From: Candidatus Acidiferrales bacterium
GTDB taxonomy: Bacteria > Verrucomicrobiota > Verrucomicrobiia > Limisphaerales > UBA11358
DNA length: 49,831 bases
Direction: 5' to 3'
Assembly (NCBI GenBank): GCA_035482455.1
Contig: DATHQS010000221.1
Location: 1 to 49,831, forward strand
The notes under the pieces are model-generated. The model made no database searches. It was not told the origin of the DNA and saw only the letters and a list, made by a program, of their open reading frames with translations. A program made the translations under genes and the position numbers. How positions within the stretch are numbered: the stretch's first letter is position 1; each line of letters opens with the position of its first letter. Below are positions 1-6,690 of the stretch, one piece after another.

Positions 1-906
1 CTCGGGAATCATCACCAGGACCGGGACGACGGTGAACACGCAAACCGTGTAGAATACTTTGCGCCCCTGCCGCCGCCATTCAAACCAAAGCTGGGCTTGC
101 GCCGCGGAACGGAAAGATTTTGGTCTCCCCAACTCCGTTCGCGTGGTGGTTGGCTTGAGCCGCCCTTCCCAAAACCATCGCTGCCAGCCGCCATGGCGGA
201 TTTTGTCCAAACCAATGAAACCCAGGACGCAACCCGTCAGGATGAGTGACCATAGCACGGGTGTTTTATGTGCCTCCAGCGCGTGATACCATTCGAAATC
301 CGGATGCACGAGCAGGCAGAATGCGGCCACCAGCAGCAGCAACATCCGGGTGAATGGGAAGGCATCGAGCGACCAGACGATCGCTTGTGCCAGGATCAGA
401 AAAGTGATCCACGCGAGGCCGTCGTTGAATCCGTCGAACGCACTGATGTGCGGCAGGTGAACGAGCCGCGTCCATCCCAGATAAACCAAAAAGACCGCCG
501 CGGTTCCGCTGGCCATCAATCGTGACGCCAGAAACCCGGTCGAGATCGGCAGCGTGAAAAACCGTTTTGGAAACGAGAAAGGCTCCCGTGGATTCAGATC
601 GGTGAACGTAAAGATCCATGCCACATAGAACAGGGAGATGACCATGCAGCCCAGCGGCGCGCTGATGCAAAAAAACCAGGTCAGCAACTGGAAAAATTCC
701 GAGATTCCCGGCCGGCCGCCTTGCATGGCCACGGCTTTCTCGCCGATGCCGTCGAGCGCATCGGGTCGGTCCACGTCCAACCCGATGGCCGCGCAGAGCT
801 TTGAATAAAACAGGGCGAAGCCCAGCATGACGAAAAAGACCGTGAGCAGACGCTTCCGGTGCCGGCACCAGATTTCCCACGTCAAGGCTGCGGATGGCGA
901 GTTCAT
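1..906 (-). CDS. Membrane protein, 3'-truncated by the window edge; third gene of the GntR-ABC operon (putative permease or accessory subunit)
   Basis: Not in the ORF track because there is no stop inside the window. My own minus-strand translation from ATG 906..904 stays open to position 1: MNSPSAALTWEIWCRHRKRLLTVFFVMLGFALFYSKLCAAIG...FFQLLTWFFCISAPLGCMVISLFYVAWIFTF... It has several hydrophobic helices. The ATG lies 1 nt after the TAG (908..910) of the ATPase gene. Listed ORF 266..880(-) is a different, Arg-rich frame. Confidence 0.6.
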   Translation of the reverse strand, partial: MNSPSAALTWEIWCRHRKRLLTVFFVMLGFALFYSKLCAAIGLDVDRPDALDGIGEKAVAMQGGRPGISEFFQLLTWFFCISAPLGCMVISLFYVAWIFTFTDLNPREPFSFPKRFFTLPISTGFLASRLMASGTAAVFLVYLGWTRLVHLPHISAFDGFNDGLAWITFLILAQAIVWSLDAFPFTRMLLLLVAAFCLLVHPDFEWYHALEAHKTPVLWSLILTGCVLGFIGLDKIRHGGWQRWFWEGRLKPTTTRTELGRPKSFRSAAQAQLWFEWRRQGRKVFYTVCVFTVVPVLVMIPE

Positions 907-907
907 G

Positions 908-1819
908 CTATTCCTTTCCGGCGGCTTTGGCGCCGGCGCGCGCCACGAAAATTTCATCCAGCGAGGCCGTGTCTTCCGCCACGACCTTGCCGCCTGCGCG
1001 CGCAACGGCCGCGATCACCTCCGGACGGTTGCCGTTGCAGATCGCCGTCCATTCCCGTCCCGAACCCGCGAGGCTCAGGACGCCCGGAATTTTCGGCGCG
1101 GCGGACTGTGGCGATTCAAAACGCAGTACCAGCCGGTGATGGCTGTCCTTGATGTCATCGAGCGTTCCGGTCAGGACCACCTTGCCGGCAAACATCATCG
1201 CGATGTCGTCCGCCACCCGTTCCACCTCCTCCAGCAGATGCGAGGAGAAGAAGACGGTGCGCCCTTCCTCGGCGACCGTCCGGATGATGGCTTCCAAGAT
1301 GTCCCGGCGGACCACCGGATCCAGGCCGGAACTGGGTTCATCCAGGAGCAGCAGTTCGGGCCGGAAAGCCAGGGCGATCAACAGACCGGCCTTGGCGTTT
1401 TCACCCCGGGAAAGGTTTTTGATTTTGGCGGCCGGATCCAGGCCGAATTGCTTGCGCAACTCCTCGGCGAAAGCCCGGTCCCACTTCGGGTAAAACGCCT
1501 GCGTATAGCGGAGCAGTTCATCCACGCGCATCCACGGCGGGAGGTCCCGGTTTTCCGACAGGTGGCCGATGCGGCCGAGCACGGCGACCGGGTCGGCCAC
1601 CGGGTCAAAACCAAAAACGCGGACCGAACCGCTCTCGGCCCTCAGCAAACCCAAGATATGCTTTATGAGCGTCGTTTTGCCCGCGCCGTTTTCGCCGACC
1701 AGCCCGAAAACGCGGCCGCGTGGAATCGTCAGCGAGACATTGTTAAGCGCCAGCTTCTGGCCGAACTTCCGGCTTAACCCGGAAATTTCGATGACGGGTG
1801 GGGTGTCGGATGCATTCAT
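908..1819 (-). CDS. ABC transporter ATP-binding protein
   Basis: Walker A GENGAGKTT, signature-like LSRGENAKAG, Walker B LLLLDEPSSGLD. ATG 1819 overlaps the GntR stop (ATGA). Confidence 0.9.
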   Translation of the reverse strand: MNASDTPPVIEISGLSRKFGQKLALNNVSLTIPRGRVFGLVGENGAGKTTLIKHILGLLRAESGSVRVFGFDPVADPVAVLGRIGHLSENRDLPPWMRVDELLRYTQAFYPKWDRAFAEELRKQFGLDPAAKIKNLSRGENAKAGLLIALAFRPELLLLDEPSSGLDPVVRRDILEAIIRTVAEEGRTVFFSSHLLEEVERVADDIAMMFAGKVVLTGTLDDIKDSHHRLVLRFESPQSAAPKIPGVLSLAGSGREWTAICNGNRPEVIAAVARAGGKVVAEDTASLDEIFVARAGAKAAGKE

Positions 1820-2205
1820 TGGTTTTCCTCCGGTGGCATGGCTTGGTGACGTTCCTTGATGAGCTTGAGCAATTCATCGGGTGCGATGTGCAGATGCGCC
1901 GCTTCCGCCAGCAGCGCGTCCACCCGCTGGGATAAAATTTTCAGCCGCTCCTTCCGCGCGAGCGGGGAGCCGTTGTCCGAAATGTAAGTGCCCGAACCAT
2001 GGCGTTTCACCACGACGCCCGCGCGTTCCAGCTCCAGATAGGCGCGGGCGACCGTGTTGGGATTGATGAGGAGCTGATGGGCCAGGACGCGGATGGGCGG
2101 AACCTCCTCGCCCGGCGCGAGCCGGCCGGAGGCAACCAGATACTTGACCTGGTTGGCAATCTGCAGATAGATCGGCACGCCGTCGGTGGTGATGTGCAGT
2201 TGCAT
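1816..2205 (-). CDS. GntR-family transcriptional regulator, YtrA-like short form
   Basis: 129 aa. Winged-HTH PIYLQIANQVKYLVASGRLAPGEEVPPIRVLAHQLLINPNTVARAYLELERAGVVVKRHGSGTYI. Sits upstream of an ABC ATPase, as in YtrA-type operons. Confidence 0.85.
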   Translation of the reverse strand: MQLHITTDGVPIYLQIANQVKYLVASGRLAPGEEVPPIRVLAHQLLINPNTVARAYLELERAGVVVKRHGSGTYISDNGSPLARKERLKILSQRVDALLAEAAHLHIAPDELLKLIKERHQAMPPEENQ

Positions 2206-2206
2206 T

Positions 2207-2228
2207 GTGTATCAATACAGTAATACAC
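2207..2228. promoter_or_regulatory. Candidate GntR/YtrA operator (overlapping inverted repeats GTGTATCAATACAGTAATACAC)
   Basis: TGTAT-CA-ATACA palindrome (2208..2219) plus an outer GTGTAT/ATACAC pair, directly upstream of the GntR start codon (2205, minus strand). Function is inferred from position only. Confidence 0.3.
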
Positions 2229-2259
2229 TTTGAAAACTTGTCAAGCCGGCAAAAAAGAC

Positions 2260-2374
2260 CGCCCTCATTTCTCCCCCAGCCGAACGGCTGCAGTTTTTGT
2301 GAAAATGCTCTATCGCTCGCAAGAGGGATTGAAAGAAAAAGCGATTTTCCGCATTGTTGCCTCAACCACCATGA
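2260..2374 (+). repeat. 115-bp direct repeat, copy A (left flank of the TA cassette)
   Basis: cgccctcatttctcccccagccgaacggctgcagtttttgtgaaaatgctctatcgctcgcaagagggattgaaagaaaaAgcgAtttTccgcattgttgcctcaaccaccatga. Differs from copy B (3205..3319) at 3 positions. Confidence 0.9.
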
Positions 2375-2375
2375 A

Positions 2376-2705
2376 TCATGCTGGCTGTAATTTTCGCTTC
2401 GGAGAGACAAAGCGGATCTCAACCCGTTTGTCGACTGCGGTCGCGATCCGTTTCAGCATCGTAAGCGAGTGGCCTTTGTAATCCGAGTCTTCGAGCCGGC
2501 TGATCACGGAAGCGGTCGTGCCGACCATTTTCGCCAGGCTGGCCTGGGTAAGGCCGGCTTGCTCTCTTAATTCGAAAATCTGTCTCGCCAACTTGTCTTC
2601 TGCCCTGGCTTCTTCGAGCGCCGCAATTCGCCCGGGCTTTCCCTCGTAATAACGGCGCTGCAAAATCTCGGAGGCGGCGGAGATGTTTTTTTTATTCTTT
2701 GACAT
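2376..2705 (-). CDS. XRE-family HTH antitoxin (HigA-like)
   Basis: HTH LREQAGLTQASLAKMVGTTASVISRLED. Lies directly downstream of the Gp49/HigB-like toxin gene. The ORF track starts at GTG 2711; I prefer ATG 2705 (MSKNKKNI...). Confidence 0.8.
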   Translation of the reverse strand: MSKNKKNISAASEILQRRYYEGKPGRIAALEEARAEDKLARQIFELREQAGLTQASLAKMVGTTASVISRLEDSDYKGHSLTMLKRIATAVDKRVEIRFVSPKRKLQPA

Positions 2706-2707
2706 GT

Positions 2708-3073
2708 TCACTCCTCATGGGTGTGGGCTTTGGGGTTCTTTTCAAACTTTCGTTTTCGTTCAAGGGCTTTCTCAATTTCTTTTGGTGGCACGGCCGCCTC
2801 TTTGACGAGACCGTGCGAGAGCACGGCCGCCGTCCGGCCCTGAAAGAAATATAGCATCCGGTAATTTACGTGTTGCAGTCCGACCCGAAGCTCATAAATG
2901 CCATCACGCAAAAAATCGGCTTCCGGTCGTCTGAGTTCATGGCCCAATTCCTCAAGCCGCTCAATCCTGACAGTGCATTTGTCGAGCGCTTTGGTCGGCA
3001 ACGAATCAAGCCATTCGAGGATTGGCACCGAGCCGTCGTCTTCCTTGAAGAAGACCACTTTAGTCTTCGGCAT
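2708..3073 (-). CDS. Type II toxin, Gp49-like/RelE-HigB superfamily
   Basis: 121 aa. VVFFKEDDGSVPILEWLDSL...RIERLEELGHELRRPEADFLRDGIYELRV...YRMLYFF matches the phage Gp49-like (PF05973-type) pattern. Toxin-first order with an XRE partner. Confidence 0.8.
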   Translation of the reverse strand: MPKTKVVFFKEDDGSVPILEWLDSLPTKALDKCTVRIERLEELGHELRRPEADFLRDGIYELRVGLQHVNYRMLYFFQGRTAAVLSHGLVKEAAVPPKEIEKALERKRKFEKNPKAHTHEE

Positions 3074-3100
3074 CTTTGCCCTTTCTCATTGCCTCAAATA

Positions 3101-3114
3101 TCGCAATATTGCGA
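3101..3114. promoter_or_regulatory. Perfect 14-bp palindrome TCGCAATATTGCGA, candidate TA autoregulatory operator
   Basis: Seen 28 bp upstream of the toxin ATG (3073, minus strand). TA operons are typically autoregulated at such palindromes. Confidence 0.45.
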
Positions 3115-3204
3115 AGTTTGTCAAGTTCCACTTTGCCCGTTTTCTGTGCCTGCGTTTCGTGGCAAAAGGTTCCACCGCTGGCGGTTCTCGAAATCATGAA
3201 ATAT

Positions 3205-3319
3205 CGCCCTCATTTCTCCCCCAGCCGAACGGCTGCAGTTTTTGTGAAAATGCTCTATCGCTCGCAAGAGGGATTGAAAGAAAAGGCGGTTTCCCGCATT
3301 GTTGCCTCAACCACCATGA
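3205..3319 (+). repeat. 115-bp direct repeat, copy B (right flank of the TA cassette; includes the start codon of the AKR gene)
   Basis: About 97% identical to 2260..2374. Its last bases are ...ccaccATGa, where ATG 3316 is the AKR start. Confidence 0.9.
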
Positions 3320-4272
3320 CTACCATGAATAACGAACGCCACTCCAACGGCATGAACCGCCGTCAATTCTTGCAGGCCGGCGCGGGCTGTGCCGCCTCCG
3401 CCATAATCCTCGGCCTCGGCACCGCGCCGTCCTTTGCCGCGCCCACCACGGGCACCCCGAAAAGTTTGATTCCGTCCGTGACCCTCAATAACGGCCTGCC
3501 CATGCCGCGTCTGGGATTGGGCACCATGACGCTCAACGGCGACGTCGGCATCAGGTGCGTGGCCGATGCCATCGCCCTGGGCTATCGGCTGATTGATACC
3601 GCCATGATCTACGGCACCGAGCCGGCCGTCGGCGCCGGCATCAAACAAAGCGGCATCAAACGGGAAGAACTCTTCATCACCTCAAAACTGTGGAAGGCCG
3701 ACATGGGCTACGAACAGGCCAAGAAAGGATTTCAAACTTCCCTCGACAAGCTGGGCACGGATTATTTGGACCTCTACCTGATTCATCGGCCCGCTGGCGA
3801 TGTGAAAGGCTCCTGGAAAGCCATGGAGGAACTCTATCATGCGGGGAAAATCAAGGCCATCGGCGTCAGCAATTTCGCACCCGCGCAACTGGACGACTTG
3901 ATCGCGGCTGGCGCGATAAAACCGGCCATCCATCAGATCGAAACCCATGCGTACTTCCAGGAGGGCAAGTCACTGGAATCCTTGAAGCAACAGGGCGTGC
4001 AGATGCAGGCCTGGGCGCCTTTTGCGGAAGGCCGTCACGGGCTGTTCACCAATACCACGCTGGCCACCATCGGCAAGAAGTACAACAAGACGGTGGCGCA
4101 GGTGAGCCTGCGCTGGCATTTCCAAAGGGGGATCATCGCCATCCCCCGCTCCTCCCAGAAGGCGCATATCGCGGAAAACTTGGATATCTTTGATTTTACC
4201 CTCGAAGATTCCGACATGACCGCCATTTCCACGTTGGATCTGAACACCACCCAGTTTCCCGAGTGGAGTTAA
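3316..4272 (+). CDS. Aldo/keto reductase (DkgA-like) with a twin-arginine signal peptide
   Basis: MTTMNNERHSNGMNRRQFLQAGAGCAASAIILGLGTAPSFAAP, then AKR motifs LNNGLPMPRLGLGT, GYRLIDTAMIYG, LYLIHRP, IGVSNF, IPRSS. The 398-aa track ORF (from 3076) is an upstream extension through the repeat. Confidence 0.85.
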   Translation: MTTMNNERHSNGMNRRQFLQAGAGCAASAIILGLGTAPSFAAPTTGTPKSLIPSVTLNNGLPMPRLGLGTMTLNGDVGIRCVADAIALGYRLIDTAMIYGTEPAVGAGIKQSGIKREELFITSKLWKADMGYEQAKKGFQTSLDKLGTDYLDLYLIHRPAGDVKGSWKAMEELYHAGKIKAIGVSNFAPAQLDDLIAAGAIKPAIHQIETHAYFQEGKSLESLKQQGVQMQAWAPFAEGRHGLFTNTTLATIGKKYNKTVAQVSLRWHFQRGIIAIPRSSQKAHIAENLDIFDFTLEDSDMTAISTLDLNTTQFPEWS

Positions 4273-4396
4273 AAGCGAAGTCCCCGGAAAAAGTCTCTGC
4301 CACCCATCCGCCTTCGCCAAGCCTTGGACGCGACAGGCCGACGAGATTTTGTATACAAATCGGGCGGCGGCGGTGTCTATTGGGTAACGGGACCCC

Positions 4397-5812
4397 ATGA
4401 AAACAACAACGGGCAATATCCATATTCTGGTGGCGGTTCTCGGGGCGGCCTGGTTTCTGGCCGGGTGCGGCCAAAGTCCGGCTGCGCCGTCATCCTCGTG
4501 GTCGCTCGATAGCTCGGGGGCGGCTACGCAGTTGAAGCAATTCCTCGCGACGCAGGAAGCCCAGGCGCGTGCGCTGGCGAAATCGGACGGGAACACGTTG
4601 CCTCCAGATTTCGATGCGTTCTACCAAGCCGCCGGAAAAGGCGACTGGCTGGAAGCGTCCAACCGTTTCAAACTGATGGCGCAGGGCGTCCGGAACGACA
4701 GCAGCCTGCGTGGGAGCTGGTGGCAGGCGACGCTGGATGATTATGGCGTGTTTGAACTGTTTCCGGCCGGGGACAAATATGCGGTCGCCTTCGGCCACGA
4801 CATCATCCAATCCATCCCGCCCGGCAGCATTTACTTTGGCGGGACGGATCCGGGGCGGTTCATCATCACGGCCATGATGAAGTCGCACACGGACGGGAAG
4901 CCGTTTTTCATGCTCTCGCAAAATCCGCTCGCCGATGCGGGCTATCTGCACTATCTGCGGTCGATGTATGGCGGGAAAATCCAGACGCCCACGGACGGGG
5001 ACCTGGAAAAGTGCCTGCGGGATTACCTGGCGGAGGCGCAGCGCCGGCTGGCCCACGACCGGCAATTCCCCAACGAGCCCAGACAGGTCAAGCCCGGCGA
5101 CGAGAGCGTGAGCCGGGATACCAACGGACAGGTCCAACTGAAGAGCCAGATGGCCGTGATTGGCGCGAGGGAGCTGCTGACGAAAGCCATTTTCGACCAG
5201 AATCCGGGCCGCGACTTTTACGTCGAGGAAAGTTTTCCGTCCGACTGGATGTATCCGCAGCTCGAGCCGCACGGGTTGATCATGAAGCTCAACGGGCAGC
5301 CATCGGCCGGATTGTCCGCTGACATCGTCCAGCGCGACGCTGATTACTGGTCAAAATATCTGACGCCACTGATCGGCGGCTGGCTAAAGCCGGGTACGAC
5401 CTTGGAAGAGGTCGCGGCGTTCGTGGAAAAGATCCAGGTGAAGAAGGATCTGGATGGATTTGCCGGCGACCTGCAGTTTGTCCAGAACGACAATGCGTGC
5501 AAAATGTTTTCCAAATTGCGGAGCTCCATCGCCGGAAATTATGCGTGGCGCGCGCAGCACGCCGCTGATGCGGGCGAACGGAAGCGCATGAATGACGCGG
5601 CTGATTTTGCCTTCCGCCAGGCCTGGGTGCTTTGCCCGGATTCACCGGAAGCGCTGTACCGGTATATAAACCTGCTGCTGAGCGAAGGCCGGACGGCTGA
5701 CGCGGTGTTGATCACTGAAACGGCGGCCAAGATGCCGTCAATGCAGGGTGAAAACGGCGGGCAACTGCACAGCGTGATCGAACAGTTAAAGCGATTCCAA
5801 AAAGCCAAATAA
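4397..5812 (+). CDS. Lipoprotein of unknown function
   Basis: Lipobox LVAVLGAAWFLAGCGQS. 471 aa, non-repetitive, protein-like composition, helical TPR-like C-terminus. No family assigned. Confidence 0.6.
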   Translation: MKTTTGNIHILVAVLGAAWFLAGCGQSPAAPSSSWSLDSSGAATQLKQFLATQEAQARALAKSDGNTLPPDFDAFYQAAGKGDWLEASNRFKLMAQGVRNDSSLRGSWWQATLDDYGVFELFPAGDKYAVAFGHDIIQSIPPGSIYFGGTDPGRFIITAMMKSHTDGKPFFMLSQNPLADAGYLHYLRSMYGGKIQTPTDGDLEKCLRDYLAEAQRRLAHDRQFPNEPRQVKPGDESVSRDTNGQVQLKSQMAVIGARELLTKAIFDQNPGRDFYVEESFPSDWMYPQLEPHGLIMKLNGQPSAGLSADIVQRDADYWSKYLTPLIGGWLKPGTTLEEVAAFVEKIQVKKDLDGFAGDLQFVQNDNACKMFSKLRSSIAGNYAWRAQHAADAGERKRMNDAADFAFRQAWVLCPDSPEALYRYINLLLSEGRTADAVLITETAAKMPSMQGENGGQLHSVIEQLKRFQKAK

Positions 5813-5852
5813 GTCGGTTAGCTGGCTGCACATGGAGTTGCGGTGCGCCAGG

Positions 5853-6545
5853 TTACTTGTTCCGCGGTTTGAAATCGAACCACGCCAGGTTCATGTTGCC
5901 TTCGCTGACGATGCCGACGGTCAAAACGCTTTTGCCTTTGGGCAATTTCACTTCCGCGATGTTGGTCATGACGTTCCAATGATGCCATTGCCGCCACGCG
6001 ATCGTCTCCCGGTCGTCATGCGTGGAAAGGATGTTGATGTCCGGAGCCAGCGGCCGGCCGTCACGTTTCAACGAAATCGTCCCGCCGCGGTTGGACGTGT
6101 ATAGCAGGTCGATGCTGTAAGTGCCGGCGCGCTCCACCTCGACGGTGAGATTGAACCATTCGCCGGGCACCGTCCAGCCGACGTATAGTTGTCCTTCGGG
6201 CGGTTGCACCCGATCGTAGGGGTTGTTGTCAATCGCGTCGTGGAATTTTGTGTAGGACGTGTCCACGCCTTCCTTCATGCGAAACTCGTTGAGGTAGGTG
6301 CCGTCCGCGGGATTCAAAGCGCCGCTGCCGCTGTTCACCGCATCCGAATCATGGTACGCCACGCCTTCGCCGCCGAGGTCGTATTCGGCGCATTGCACGC
6401 GTCCGGGAATTTTCTGCGGGCCGCCCGGATGCACGCTGTCGGAAAATGGCCGGCCCTGATAATTGTTCAAACCGGAAGTGGCGCACCCGGCGAGGCTGAC
6501 GGCGAAAATCACCAACGCGAAAATGGAATAAGGTGTGGTTTTCAT
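5853..6545 (-). CDS. Carbohydrate-binding (CBM6/CBM35-like) lipoprotein
   Basis: MKTTPYSIFALVIFAVSLAGCATSG lipobox. GRVQCAEYDLGGEGVAYHDSD...GWTVPGEWFNLTVEVERAGTYSIDLLYTS...GNMNLAWFDF resembles CBM6-type sugar-binding modules. The track start is TTG 6557; I prefer ATG 6545. Confidence 0.65.
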   Translation of the reverse strand: MKTTPYSIFALVIFAVSLAGCATSGLNNYQGRPFSDSVHPGGPQKIPGRVQCAEYDLGGEGVAYHDSDAVNSGSGALNPADGTYLNEFRMKEGVDTSYTKFHDAIDNNPYDRVQPPEGQLYVGWTVPGEWFNLTVEVERAGTYSIDLLYTSNRGGTISLKRDGRPLAPDINILSTHDDRETIAWRQWHHWNVMTNIAEVKLPKGKSVLTVGIVSEGNMNLAWFDFKPRNK

Positions 6546-6640
6546 GAGTTGATTCAATTTTAGAACCGCCGGGGGGCGGCAAACGATAAGTGCGATTCAA
6601 ACCATTAAACCTTTCCCGCCTGCCATGGTCAATCCCTCTT

Positions 6641-6690
6641 GAGAGCGATTGAAAGAAAAGGCGATTTCCCGCATTGTTGCTTCATCCATG
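6641..6690 (+). promoter_or_regulatory. Third copy of the ~50-nt GATTGAAAGAAAAGGCG(A/G)TTTCCCGCATTGTTGC element, ending at the start codon
   Basis: gagagcgattgaaagaaaaggcgatttcccgcattgttgcttcatccATG aligns with 3268..3318 and 2323..2373. Possible TTGAAA(-35)-N17-CATTGT(-10), which would give a very short leader. Confidence 0.5.

Noticed and set aside
266-880. 204-aa ORF on the minus strand (MGNLVPAPEASAHGLFRH...)
   Set aside because: Arg/Gly/Pro-rich composition typical of an off-frame read in GC-rich DNA. The frame starting at ATG 906 gives a hydrophobic, protein-like product abutting the ATPase stop codon and stays open to the window edge.
2230-2481. 83-aa + strand ORF starting in repeat copy A
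   Set aside because: It arises because the duplicated leader and ATG read into the antisense of the antitoxin gene. Possibly transcribed, but unlikely to encode a functional protein.
3076-3315. N-terminal extensions of track ORFs (3076..4272, 6649..9582, 10920..11852, 26082..27344, 34025..35083, 36842..37885, 41951..42667, 46120..46902)
   Set aside because: The extra residues run through repeats or intergenic DNA, overlap neighbouring genes or are Arg/Pro-rich. In each case an internal ATG gives a canonical N-terminus (signal peptide, prepilin leader, Rossmann GxGxxG and so on).
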